From: an uncultured Chthonomonadaceae bacterium
GTDB lineage: Bacteria > Armatimonadota > Chthonomonadetes > Chthonomonadales > Chthonomonadaceae
Length of the DNA stretch: 64,000 nt
Assembly (NCBI GenBank): GCA_963817895.1
Contig: CAWFQB010000001.1
Coordinates: 512,001 to 576,000 of the forward strand
Reading direction: 5' to 3'
This document shows, piece by piece, positions 51,088 through 60,848 of this stretch (position 1 is the first letter of the stretch; every line of letters begins with the position of its first letter). Under the pieces are notes generated by a model. That model saw only the letters and a list, made by a program, of their open reading frames with translations. It did not search any database and was not told where the DNA came from. A program made the translations under genes and the position numbers.

Positions 51088-53037
51088 ATGAAAAACCAAA
51101 CGTATGCTTCCTGCGCTTTCCTATTTGTGTTGCTGTTGGCGGCTTCCCCGCTGTCGGCGCGCGACAAAACCGCCACCGCGAAACCGAACGCGAAAACCAC
51201 AGCCGCCACCGCAGCCGTATTTGCGCCGGACGTGATTAAGGGTGAAATCGGCTATCTGGCTTCCGATGAACTGCGCGGGCGCGGCAGCGGGGAACCGGGC
51301 AACGACAAGGCCGCGCAGTACGTGGCGCAGGAATTTGCCCGCTGCGGCCTGAAACCGCTCGGAACCGGCAAGCAGCGCGACCCGAAAGCGCCCATAGACG
51401 GCAGTGGCTACTTCCAGCCCTTCTCCTTTGTGGCGGGGCGCGTGGTCGGCAGCAACAATCGCCTGGTGTCGCGTTCCACAACCAAAGGCAGCCGCCCCCT
51501 CCCACCTTTCAAAGCCAATCAGGATTACGAGCCGTCGAGCGTTTCCGCGTCGGGCAGCGTGGAGGGCAAAATCGTGTTTGTCGGCTATGGTATCCACGCG
51601 CCCAAAGTGAAGCATGACGATTACGCGGGTATCAGCGTCAAAGACAGCGTTGTGCTGCTGTTGGCAGGCAGCCCCAAAGATGATCCGCACAGCCCCCTTG
51701 CCGATTACGCGGAAATCTACCCCAAAGCTATCGCCGCCCGCGATCTGGGCGCGAAAGCCGTGCTGGTAATCATGCCCGACGCGCCCAAATCGCAGCCGCC
51801 CGCGCGAACCGGCTTCGACAACGTTTCCGATGCGGGGATTCCCGTCCTGCGTCTGCGCCACAACGCCGCCGCCGCCCTGATGGACAATAGCGGCAGGGGC
51901 CTTGACGCCTTGCAGCAGGCCGCTAATGGGGGCGAACACGTTTCCGAGACATTGGATCAAATCGCGCAGGTGCAGGTGGACGTGAAGAAAGTGGAAAAAA
52001 TCACGGCCAACGTCATCGGCATGATTGAAGGCAGCGACCCCGTCTTGAAAAACGAGTATGTCATTATCGGCGCGCACGTAGACCATTTAGGCATGGGCGG
52101 CGCAGGTTCTCTCGCCAAATCAAGCGCGCCCGCCATTCATCACGGCGCGGACGACAACGCCAGCGGCGCGGCAGGCGTCATGGAGTTAGCCAAATTCTTC
52201 GGAAGGATGAAGGATGAAGGCGGAAGGATGAAAGCACCCGCTTCCGGCGTACAAACTTCATCCTTCATCCCTCATCCTTCATCCTTGCTCAAGCGCAGCA
52301 TTATTCTGATGTGTTTTAGCGGCGAGGAACTGGGATTGCTCGGCTCGGACTGGTATGCAAAGCATCCAATTGTACCCTTAGCCAAAACCGTCGCCATGCT
52401 GAACATGGACATGATCGGGCGATTGCGCGATAACAAATTGACGATTATCGGCAGCGGCACGGCCAAAGAGTGGGACCGCCTGCTCGACGACGCGAACAAG
52501 AGCGCGGGATTCGCGTTGGGCAAAAGCGAAAGCGGGTTCGGCGCGAGCGATCAGCAGTCGTTTTACACCAAGAACGTGCCGGTGCTGTTCTTCTTTACGG
52601 GAACCCACTCGCAGTACCACACGCCGGAAGATACGGTTGACCTTATCAACAGCGAGGGCGAAGCGAAAGTGCTGAAGCTGGTAGCCGATTGCGCCACCCG
52701 CATTGCCGACAATCCCGCCCGCCCAACGTTCCAGCGCATCAATCTGCCGACTGCGCCCTCAAGCGGCCTGCGCGTGTACTTTGGCAGTGTGCCGGATTAC
52801 GCCGCCAATGTGGTAGGCGTCCAGCTTAACGGCGTCCGCGAAGGCAGCCCGGCGGAAAAAGCGGGACTGAAGGCGGGCGACATCATCGTGAAGTTCAATG
52901 GCCGCGTGATTAAGAACGTGTACGATTACACATACGCGCTGCAAGACTGCAAGCCCAACGACATGGTGCAGATCGAAGTGAAGCGCGGCGACGCGATGCT
53001 GAAACTCAACGTGGTTCTTGCCGCCCGCCCGGAATAG
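51088..53037 (+). CDS. M28-family peptidase with PA and PDZ domains
   Basis: GAHVDH, GADDNASG, SGEELG, NMDMIG, SDQ, YHTPED; C-terminal GSPAEKAGL PDZ. Confidence 0.92.
   Translation: MKNQTYASCAFLFVLLLAASPLSARDKTATAKPNAKTTAATAAVFAPDVIKGEIGYLASDELRGRGSGEPGNDKAAQYVAQEFARCGLKPLGTGKQRDPKAPIDGSGYFQPFSFVAGRVVGSNNRLVSRSTTKGSRPLPPFKANQDYEPSSVSASGSVEGKIVFVGYGIHAPKVKHDDYAGISVKDSVVLLLAGSPKDDPHSPLADYAEIYPKAIAARDLGAKAVLVIMPDAPKSQPPARTGFDNVSDAGIPVLRLRHNAAAALMDNSGRGLDALQQAANGGEHVSETLDQIAQVQVDVKKVEKITANVIGMIEGSDPVLKNEYVIIGAHVDHLGMGGAGSLAKSSAPAIHHGADDNASGAAGVMELAKFFGRMKDEGGRMKAPASGVQTSSFIPHPSSLLKRSIILMCFSGEELGLLGSDWYAKHPIVPLAKTVAMLNMDMIGRLRDNKLTIIGSGTAKEWDRLLDDANKSAGFALGKSESGFGASDQQSFYTKNVPVLFFFTGTHSQYHTPEDTVDLINSEGEAKVLKLVADCATRIADNPARPTFQRINLPTAPSSGLRVYFGSVPDYAANVVGVQLNGVREGSPAEKAGLKAGDIIVKFNGRVIKNVYDYTYALQDCKPNDMVQIEVKRGDAMLKLNVVLAARPE
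52203..52286. repeat. 84-bp palindromic heptamer element inserted in frame in the M28 gene
   Basis: AAGGATGAAGGATGAAGGCGGAAGGATGAA / TTCATCCTTCATCCCTCATCCTTCATCCTT. Confidence 0.85.
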
Positions 53038-53054
53038 TTTCATGGAGGCAAACC

Positions 53055-53597
53055 ATGCGACGCCAGCCCAATGTAAAAAGGCGCGTTGTGACCAAGAAAG
53101 CTTACGCGAGAAAGTTAGGCGCGAAAACCACAATAGCTTTGACGGGCGTTTTCATTTTTGCATGCGGTATCATCGGTGTTATCCTGAGTCTTCTGGTTGC
53201 CTGCGTTGCGCTGACTCACCTTAGCGCGGAAACCCTGCTGATGCTGACCATATTCCTTGGACTTGGCGCCGGTTCCGTGTATCTGCTCTACATCGGCAGG
53301 CGCACGGTGAAGGAAGCTGGAGAGATAAATACGGGTATTCCGCTCACGCGCGCCAATATCGGAGATTTGCCGGTACGAGAAAGCCTTGTTCGCGCTTCCA
53401 GCGAACCGGTTCAGGAGCAGCAGGATGTGCTGTTACGCGCCGCGACAAATACGGATAAAACGCCAGCGGAACAGTTGGTACGCGCCTATCAGGAGCCTGT
53501 TCAGGAGGAGCAAACGGCGTTTATTCCAACGGCTCAACCCGTTCTGACGGCTACTGCGGTTGCCGAAGCAGAACTTGTCCAACAAAGGGCAAGGTAA
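53055..53597 (+). CDS. Hypothetical 2-TM protein, triple-LLR C-terminal family (short member)
   Basis: GGAGG RBS; TM hairpin; SLVRAS...VLLRAA...TPAEQLVRA. Confidence 0.78.
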   Translation: MRRQPNVKRRVVTKKAYARKLGAKTTIALTGVFIFACGIIGVILSLLVACVALTHLSAETLLMLTIFLGLGAGSVYLLYIGRRTVKEAGEINTGIPLTRANIGDLPVRESLVRASSEPVQEQQDVLLRAATNTDKTPAEQLVRAYQEPVQEEQTAFIPTAQPVLTATAVAEAELVQQRAR

Positions 53598-53683
53598 TAC
53601 CGTTCCAATAAAACTCCGTAGGGACACAACATGTTGTGTCCGCAATTGGTAACAGTTCGTGCCTGCAAGGGCAAGGTGGGGCT

Positions 53684-54019
53684 ATGGGTTCGTGGAAAGC
53701 GTTCGGGCAGCTTGTAGCGCTGCTCACAGTTGCCGCGCTGCTGGAAGTGGGCGGCGATGCGGGGATGCGGGCGGGACTGCAAGGCCGGCGCGTCGGCTTT
53801 GTCGCGGGAATAATCCTGCTTGTCAGTTACGGCCTGATCGTCAACCTTGCCAATCTGGATTTCGGCAGGCTGATGGGCATTTACATCAGCCTGTTCTTCA
53901 TCGTTTCCCAACTCATTGCCGCGCTGGTGTTCAAGGAGAAGCTTCAGCCTGCCGTTCTGGTTGGCGGCGCGCTGATTGTGGCGGGTGGCTGCGTCCTCAC
54001 TTTCTGGCGGCAAACGTGA
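53684..54019 (+). CDS. Small 4-TM membrane protein (DMT/SMR-like)
   Basis: AALLEVGGD, DFGRLMGIY, GGALIVAGG. Confidence 0.7.
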   Translation: MGSWKAFGQLVALLTVAALLEVGGDAGMRAGLQGRRVGFVAGIILLVSYGLIVNLANLDFGRLMGIYISLFFIVSQLIAALVFKEKLQPAVLVGGALIVAGGCVLTFWRQT

Positions 54020-54073
54020 AAAGAAGACGGAATATGGAATACGGGAATATAGGAAGCCTGATAACCTGATAAC

Positions 54074-54688
54074 CTAATGACCTAACTCCGGTACATGGGG
54101 ATCATCGGGGGAGGCGGAACCGATGTTGCAGAGTTGATGCAGCGCTTCCGCGAACAGTTCGTAAAGCGACTCGAGCTGGTTTACGTCTGTAACCACGCCG
54201 GGAGTTTGAAAGTACAGTTCATCCACGCCCTGCGGAAATCGCGCGCCGAACCAGCCCTCATCATCTTTCACTTCCAGATACACGGATGGCTGGCCCGCAA
54301 TCAGTTCGCGCAGGCGCGTGTCGGCAAACAGGGCGCGTACCTTCGCTTCTTCCGTGCCTTTGATGATGTACTGCGCGTCAAAGGCCGGGTTACCAATCTC
54401 CACATCCTGCATACCCAAAAACTTCCCCACTCCGCTGAATACCGTATGGGTATAGATACAGAACCGAAATCCGCGTGGATTGACAAAAGGCGCGCGAATA
54501 CGGGTATACGTGACTGTTGCCCTGCCGACAGGTTCCCGGCGCGTATCCAGCGTCACAGTCCAGCCGTCCACATGCGCCTCGATGTAGTCTTCATGCAGCA
54601 AATCCCCGGTCACGAATTTTGCGCCGAGTTTGTCGGAAAGCTGCTTCCATACATCCGCTTTGCTGTTCTTAAATCCCTGCCTCCACAT
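54074..54688 (-). CDS. Hypothetical protein (DUF3137-like)
   Basis: YTRIRAPF, GMQDVEIGNPAFD; last gene of the operon. Confidence 0.65.
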   Translation of the reverse strand: MWRQGFKNSKADVWKQLSDKLGAKFVTGDLLHEDYIEAHVDGWTVTLDTRREPVGRATVTYTRIRAPFVNPRGFRFCIYTHTVFSGVGKFLGMQDVEIGNPAFDAQYIIKGTEEAKVRALFADTRLRELIAGQPSVYLEVKDDEGWFGARFPQGVDELYFQTPGVVTDVNQLESLYELFAEALHQLCNIGSASPDDPHVPELGH

Positions 54689-54728
54689 AACGCTCTCTTT
54701 CGGGCATACAGAAAATCAATTGCTGCTT

Positions 54729-55523
54729 TCAGGCGGTTGTCAGGCCGTTTGGATTCGTTGCCGCGTATTTGGAGGGCGGCACGTCCAGGCTGAAAAATTC
54801 CAATACATCGTCAAGCCGGTGCGACTCGTCGGTGCAAAGCTGCGTTTCGCGGAACTGCCGTTGCTGCGCGTTCGCGACCGCCTGACGGATTTTATCAATC
54901 TCGGCTTCCAGTTCGGCGATTTTCTGCGTGGACAGGGTTGTATACTCCTGCGTTGTCTGCGTCAGGTGTTCCGTATAGGCGGCAAGCGCGGCCAGTTTGC
55001 GCGAAGCGTCCGCCACAATGCTTTCGGGGGACGCGCCAATCGCTTTGCCCATCGCGTTGACGGACACCTGCATCATCTGGCGTTTGGTTTGCAGCGGCAA
55101 TTCGGCGGGGAGTTCGCCGAACATGTCCAGAACCTGCTCTGCCGAAAACGGGGCGGCAGGCAGATTCGCCGCCTGATAAATGCTCTTGAAATCCAGTGTG
55201 CCGCTGAGATGCGCGTCCGGGTGAACAGCATGGGACGTGACCTGAATTTGGTCTAAATTCGGCCCATGCTCGTCACGAACGATTTGCTCGACGGTTTTGG
55301 AAGATGCGGGCGCGGCGAACGGCACGGCGGTTTGCGCGGTTTGTGTCGCCTGTGTCGCCTGCCCGGTTTGCGGCTTTTGCGAGGCTTTCTCCAACTCCGC
55401 CCACATCTGATCGGTCATGCCGCCGCCCGCGCCGCTTCCCGCATGAGACGCCGTTTCTTCCTGATCCGGCGGCAGTTCCACCAACAGTCCCGCCGCTTTG
55501 CGTAACGTATTGCGAAGGCTCAT
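54729..55523 (-). CDS. Hypothetical coiled-coil protein
   Basis: N-terminal amphipathic LRKAAGLLVEL; LPLQTKRQ; long C-terminal coiled coil. Confidence 0.72.
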   Translation of the reverse strand: MSLRNTLRKAAGLLVELPPDQEETASHAGSGAGGGMTDQMWAELEKASQKPQTGQATQATQTAQTAVPFAAPASSKTVEQIVRDEHGPNLDQIQVTSHAVHPDAHLSGTLDFKSIYQAANLPAAPFSAEQVLDMFGELPAELPLQTKRQMMQVSVNAMGKAIGASPESIVADASRKLAALAAYTEHLTQTTQEYTTLSTQKIAELEAEIDKIRQAVANAQQRQFRETQLCTDESHRLDDVLEFFSLDVPPSKYAATNPNGLTTA

Positions 55524-55632
55524 AGCAAATAGATCCTTTTATAATGGCTCTCACCCCAACCCCTCTCCCAGGCTTTTTTGGGAGAGGGGCTATTTCTCGC
55601 TTCTAACAACTAGAAGGGGCGGGGGTTGAGGG

Positions 55633-56586
55633 CTATGACGCGAAACGCGCCATCATCTGTTCTACCGAGGCCAGTTCCTGTAGCGAGGAGGCCATGGTGT
55701 CGGTCGCTACCACCACTTCTTCCACATCCGCCAGAATCTGCTCGGGCGAACGGGCGCGGATTTCATCGTTAATCAGCCCGAAGGTATCCTCAACGAGTTG
55801 AAGCTGATGATTGAGATTGACCAGTATTCTGCCGATTTTGCCGACGAACTCATCCCGCCGCTGTAAAATGTCCATGCGCTTTTGCAGAATGGAACGAGTC
55901 GCCTCATCCGTTTCGGCTTCGAGGGATTGGCGCAGTTTTTCGGCTTCCTGACGATAGTGCGCCTGTATTTCTCCCACCACCCGCTGCGTCCACTCGTCCG
56001 GGGACGCGGCGGCGTAGGAGTTGGAAACGGATTTGCGTTTGGCGTTCTGCCCGTCTCGCGCTTCGTCACGGGAATGGGCGCGGGAAGCGTTGCGGTCGCG
56101 CTCAAAGTTCCAATTCGGCTCGTAGGCAGGGACGGCGTTGGCGTGAAGCTCGTTTTGAAGCTGTTCCAGATACGCGCGAAACTGAACTTCCTTACCCGCA
56201 AACAGCAGGAACTTATCCAGCAGGTAATCCAGCTTGCGCAGCACTTCCCGAAACCACGCTTTATCTTCCGCCGATTGCGCGTCAATCTGCGCGCGCGTCG
56301 CTTCCAGATGCGCGAACCGCTCCTGCATATCCGGGCGCAATAGAGTCAGCGTTTGCGCCTTCATCTGCTGCCGCTGCTCCTCGATTTCCGCGTCATAACG
56401 CTGTGACAGCCGCGCCTGATACCACGCGGAATCCGGCACAAACAGCAGATACGCGGCCTCGGCGACAATGGCGGCCAACAGCGGCAGGGGGTTGAGCAGG
56501 GCAGCCGACAACGCCACGGCTCCGGCAAGGCCGACCGCATTGTAGCTCTCCTTCATCGCTTCGACGATACGGTTATGTTTAGGCAT
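55633..56586 (-). CDS. Hypothetical membrane-anchored coiled-coil protein
   Basis: N-terminal TM hairpin followed by long helices. Confidence 0.72.
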   Translation of the reverse strand: MPKHNRIVEAMKESYNAVGLAGAVALSAALLNPLPLLAAIVAEAAYLLFVPDSAWYQARLSQRYDAEIEEQRQQMKAQTLTLLRPDMQERFAHLEATRAQIDAQSAEDKAWFREVLRKLDYLLDKFLLFAGKEVQFRAYLEQLQNELHANAVPAYEPNWNFERDRNASRAHSRDEARDGQNAKRKSVSNSYAAASPDEWTQRVVGEIQAHYRQEAEKLRQSLEAETDEATRSILQKRMDILQRRDEFVGKIGRILVNLNHQLQLVEDTFGLINDEIRARSPEQILADVEEVVVATDTMASSLQELASVEQMMARFAS

Positions 56587-56681
56587 GGGAGTTGAGATAC
56601 GAGATACGAGATACGAGATACAGGCACAGAGTCAGTTGAACCACTGGCATTTACTCGTATCTCCTATCTTGTATCTCGTAT

Positions 56682-57500
56682 CTACAAATTGACAAACACC
56701 GTTCGGATTTCGCGCAGCAGTTCTAAGAATTCTGGCGAGTTGGGGCCGTCGTCGCGCCAGGCTACGCCGCGCTCCACGCAGTTGTATACGGCTTGTATAC
56801 GCGCGCCGGGGATGATTTGTCCCTGCGCGTCGCGGTCGCGGCCTAACAGCCACACGGTATCCACGACCGACAGCGCGGCGGCAATATCATGGGTGACGAT
56901 TACAAACGTTTTGAGTTCATCGGTTTGCGCCATATCGCGTATCAGGGCGCAGACGCTCTCCTGCGCCACCAAATCCAGCCCGGAAAACGGCTCGTCCATC
57001 AGCAGCAGATGTTCGCTGCACATAAACTGCTGCGCGATGGCAACGCGCTGCCGCTGCCCGCCCGAAAGCTGAACCGGGTACTTGTTGGCCTGCGCTTCCA
57101 GCCCAAAGCGGGTAAGCAGGGATTGGGCAAGGGCTGTCGCCTGAGCCTGCGGCAGATGCCCCAATTTACCCGCCACGCGCAGGTTCGCCAGTACCGTCCG
57201 ATGTTCAAACAGGGGATAATTTTGCGCGACAACGCCCACCATGCCCCGATGCACCGGCTGGTTTTCGATCACGATAGAGCCGCTGTCCGGCGCTTCCAGC
57301 CCCGCCAGCAGCCGAAACAGGGTTGTTTTGCCCACGCCCGACGGCCCAAGCAGTCCGATGACCTGCCCCTGCGTGTAGCCTTTGCGCAGAATGTCTTTCA
57401 CTTCCAGATCAACATCGCGCAGAATCTGTTCCTGTCCCAGACGTTTGTTGACGCCGGTGACTTTGAGAATTGTTTCTCCATAATCGTATGCTGCGACCAT
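56682..57500 (-). CDS. ABC transporter ATP-binding protein (NitT/TauT-like)
   Basis: GPSGVGKT, LSGGQRQR, LMDEPFSG, VTHD. Confidence 0.93.
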   Translation of the reverse strand: MVAAYDYGETILKVTGVNKRLGQEQILRDVDLEVKDILRKGYTQGQVIGLLGPSGVGKTTLFRLLAGLEAPDSGSIVIENQPVHRGMVGVVAQNYPLFEHRTVLANLRVAGKLGHLPQAQATALAQSLLTRFGLEAQANKYPVQLSGGQRQRVAIAQQFMCSEHLLLMDEPFSGLDLVAQESVCALIRDMAQTDELKTFVIVTHDIAAALSVVDTVWLLGRDRDAQGQIIPGARIQAVYNCVERGVAWRDDGPNSPEFLELLREIRTVFVNL

Positions 57501-57606
57501 ACCTTACCCCAACCCCTCTCCTGACCGCGCTACGCGCTAGGAGAGGGGCTATTTTAGGTTGCCCCTTCCTGCCGTTGTTAATTGCGCCAGAAGTAGAGCT
57601 ATATGT

Positions 57607-58548
57607 TTACTTACGTTCCAGTGTCAGGTCGGCGTAGGGGCAGACGAGTCTTCGCGCCGCGCCGATGGCGTAGTCTTGCAGCAGGCCGACAATCAGAATT
57701 ACGATCTGAATGGCGAACACTTCGGCAAGCAGAAAATGCTTGCTCTGGTTGAGCAGCATGGCTCCGACGCCGCCCTCCGAACGCGAAATGCCCTCCACCA
57801 TCGTCAGCATCATCCAGCCAATCGCCGCGTTCTGGCGCAGCACTTCAAACGCCTTTTCCGCCGTGCCTAAAATCACCACTTCCCAGACCACCTGCCACTC
57901 GCTCATGCGCAGGGTTCGGGCGTAATCGAAATTGCTTTTGGGAATCGCCGCGATGACAGCGGCCATCGAAGTGACATAGAACACGGTTACGGCAAATACG
58001 AGTAGGGACGTTTTCAGCGCGTCGCCGCCGGGAAAGATCAGCATGAACACAAACGTAAACCCGGTCAGGCTCAGAAACCGCCCCTTCGAAACGGCTGCGG
58101 CAAGCGGGCGAAAAACCGGTATCACGGTCAGATACGCCAGTCCGAGCGACAGAACGGAAGACCACGCGAGGGCGCGAACGTTGAGCAGGAAACTTGTCCA
58201 CAGTTCCGGCCCCAATCCCTGCGTAAACCACAGCGAACGCAACGCGGTCAGCACCTCGCCGGGAAGGGGAAGCACCTTGAATGGCGAACGTATCCAGATC
58301 AGGAGCGCAATCGCCGCTTCAACAAGAACAATCAGCCGCATGGTCCCACGCGATACGGCGCGGTTGGGCAGGAAGATATCCATCCATCTGCCCGCAGCGT
58401 GGGGTTTTCGCTCCTGCCCCGGCAGAAGGTCCCCCACTTTCAGCGCGGCGTTTCCATGCGCCCCCGCCACAAGGACGTTACCGGCTGTCGCGTCGGTCGC
58501 CTGTTCCATCGGAGAAATTTCAGGTTCTATCTTGGATGTTTGGTTCAT
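57607..58548 (-). CDS. ABC transporter permease (NitT/TauT-like)
   Basis: DYARTLRMSEW loop, AIGWMMLTMVE, GGVG; about 6 TM helices. Confidence 0.88.
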   Translation of the reverse strand: MNQTSKIEPEISPMEQATDATAGNVLVAGAHGNAALKVGDLLPGQERKPHAAGRWMDIFLPNRAVSRGTMRLIVLVEAAIALLIWIRSPFKVLPLPGEVLTALRSLWFTQGLGPELWTSFLLNVRALAWSSVLSLGLAYLTVIPVFRPLAAAVSKGRFLSLTGFTFVFMLIFPGGDALKTSLLVFAVTVFYVTSMAAVIAAIPKSNFDYARTLRMSEWQVVWEVVILGTAEKAFEVLRQNAAIGWMMLTMVEGISRSEGGVGAMLLNQSKHFLLAEVFAIQIVILIVGLLQDYAIGAARRLVCPYADLTLERK

Positions 58549-58581
58549 GGATGGTTGCTGTAAATAGAGACGATATTGGTT

Positions 58582-60384
58582 CTAACTGCCGGCTCCCATA
58601 ATGATTTCCACGCGGCGATTCTGGGCGCGGCCCTGCGGCGTGGCGTTTTCCGATACGGGGTTTTCCGAACCGTGCGCGAAGACCCGAATACGTCCCGACG
58701 GGAAGTTGACCGGGTATTCCTGTTCCAATCGCTTCTTTACGGCAAAAGCGCGGGATTCGGACAGCGCCATGTTCGCCGAAGGCGATCCCTGATTGTCGGT
58801 ATGGCCGTGAATTTCAACCACTGTGCCACTGGCAACCAGCGCATCGCGGCCCAATTGTTCCACCATGCGCTTGGAGTCGGCGGCAAGTGTCGCTTTGCCG
58901 GTATCGAAGTGGATGTTCCAGGCGCGGCGGCTGACCGGAATTTTAACGACACCGGGATTCGGGTATTTCGGTTTTGAGCGGTCAATTGTCGCCATTGTTG
59001 GCGCGGCCTTTTTCACAATATCCTGAAGGTAGGACGTATCCAGAACCTGATTGATGGGCTGATAACTGGGCAATAACTGCGGGTACTGCGCGACGACTAT
59101 ATCGCCGAACACGCGGTAAGTGGCCTCGTACAGGTTTGCCGAACCGCTGACCATTCCGAAGGTGAGCAGCATTTCGGCCAGGTTGCTCGCGCTCGACCCG
59201 CCGAGATCAACCTGCTGCCCGGTTTTATCCGGCTCGGTCACGCCCCGGTAGTAACGCGCCCAGTACGGCGCGTCCGATTCGTGGTAGACAACCGCGCTGA
59301 CGGCTGCGGCTTTTTGCAGGGCGTCGGGATTGGCGCGTACCGCGTCGCCGCCCTCGGCAATCGCCTGTAGCATCCCCTCTACCGTGCCGCGATTCGCCTT
59401 CATCCACTTGTCAATGCCGATGATGATGCACGGCATCTGCGAACTATATTCTTTCGTAGACACGATGGAAACCAGACCGCCCTTTTTTTCGGCCACGTTC
59501 ACGTCGCCCGGTGTCCACGTTACAACTCCATTTACGACGACGTGTTTGGTTTCTCCCGTTCGCTTGCCGTTGTGTACGACCGGGCGATCTTCAGCGTAGC
59601 CCGCAATGTATTTCTGCGCGGCGTCCAGATAGTCTGAAGCGTTCACCCAGTTCATTGCGTCGGGATCATAGGTTTTCTCGTCGGGATTGGTGCGCAGGCC
59701 GTTGTCGCCAAGCCACTTTTGCGCGATGTTCCAGTCGCCGTCGCGCAGGACGCCCGCCACAAACCCGCCCCGGCTGGAGGGGGGATTGGCTTTCCAGACC
59801 GCCGGCCCCATGAACTTGTCTTCGCCATGCGAATAACCGCACGAACCGACCACTTTGGCCTGATAATCCGGCCCGATACGGCGCAGGGTATCATTGAGCG
59901 GCTTCAAAAACGCCGCGCTGCCATCGCCCATGATGGTGACGAAGTGCGCGCCCGTTTGCGGGTTAGCGTTGCCCCGACTCAACTCGGTGGCAAACGCCGT
60001 CAGCGCTTCCTGCAATTTGCCGTTGTCGTCCTGTCGGCTGAATTTGAGGTTGACGCCGTGTTTCGCCATCAGGCTGCCCTGTGTCGCCTGCGGCCCGCCA
60101 TTCGCGAAAAGCAGACCCATCTGCGCGTTCCAGGCATAGCCCTGAAAGCGCACTTCGGGCTTGTCGGGAACACCGGGCGCATCGCCGGGAATCGCCACAG
60201 CGCCGCCCCCGCCGCTATTCGTCGGCTTGGTCGGGTCTATTGGCGGCAGGGGCGCTGGAATTGGTACAACAGGAATTTGTGGTGCCGCGGGTGGGGCAAG
60301 CTTGTTCCAGAACCGCCACAATCCAAACGCCAAACCGACAGCCAGTATCAAAACAACAATTTTTCCGGTCGGCTTCAGCTTCAT
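58582..60384 (-). CDS. Membrane-anchored substrate-binding domain + OmpA-like peptidoglycan-binding domain
   Basis: N-terminal TM and Pro linker; NMT1-like binding region; C-terminal IHFDTG...HGHTDN...LSESRA...NRRVEI. Confidence 0.88.
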   Translation of the reverse strand: MKLKPTGKIVVLILAVGLAFGLWRFWNKLAPPAAPQIPVVPIPAPLPPIDPTKPTNSGGGGAVAIPGDAPGVPDKPEVRFQGYAWNAQMGLLFANGGPQATQGSLMAKHGVNLKFSRQDDNGKLQEALTAFATELSRGNANPQTGAHFVTIMGDGSAAFLKPLNDTLRRIGPDYQAKVVGSCGYSHGEDKFMGPAVWKANPPSSRGGFVAGVLRDGDWNIAQKWLGDNGLRTNPDEKTYDPDAMNWVNASDYLDAAQKYIAGYAEDRPVVHNGKRTGETKHVVVNGVVTWTPGDVNVAEKKGGLVSIVSTKEYSSQMPCIIIGIDKWMKANRGTVEGMLQAIAEGGDAVRANPDALQKAAAVSAVVYHESDAPYWARYYRGVTEPDKTGQQVDLGGSSASNLAEMLLTFGMVSGSANLYEATYRVFGDIVVAQYPQLLPSYQPINQVLDTSYLQDIVKKAAPTMATIDRSKPKYPNPGVVKIPVSRRAWNIHFDTGKATLAADSKRMVEQLGRDALVASGTVVEIHGHTDNQGSPSANMALSESRAFAVKKRLEQEYPVNFPSGRIRVFAHGSENPVSENATPQGRAQNRRVEIIMGAGS

Positions 60385-60848
60385 CGTTTCAGTCTCCTTC
60401 GGGCGATACTATCATTGTAATCGCCGCAACATCGCATCATTGCTTCAGACTGCATTCTGTCGCGAAGAGCAGGCGCAAAGGAACTACTCTGCGCCTGCTG
60501 GCATTGCAAGCCTGTTGATGCAATATTGGACGAAATGCCTCATTAAAGCGTTTCAAAATGGGGACATACTTAACAAAAACAATCCTCTGCCAGCGTTAGT
60601 TCACAACGGCGCATTTGCGTATGCTGCTATCCAATACGGAGGACGGGCGAACAGTCTGATGGCCTACTATATCAGTATGACATATTTTGATAGTTCAGGG
60701 AAAATGATATTATGTGACAGCAAAGTGGGTATAAAAGGCGGCGAAAGTCGTATACTCTGGCATGACACGCGGGCATAGTCCGTTATTCGCCAACGTTTTT
60801 CAACGGCTTCCTGACGCTGCGTGTCGCGCAACATCAAAGGAGATAATT

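Noticed and set aside
60385..60848. Possible ncRNA in the long AT-rich intergenic region
   Set aside because: Only one isolated hairpin (about 60468-60500); consistent with divergent promoters and no recognisable RNA family.
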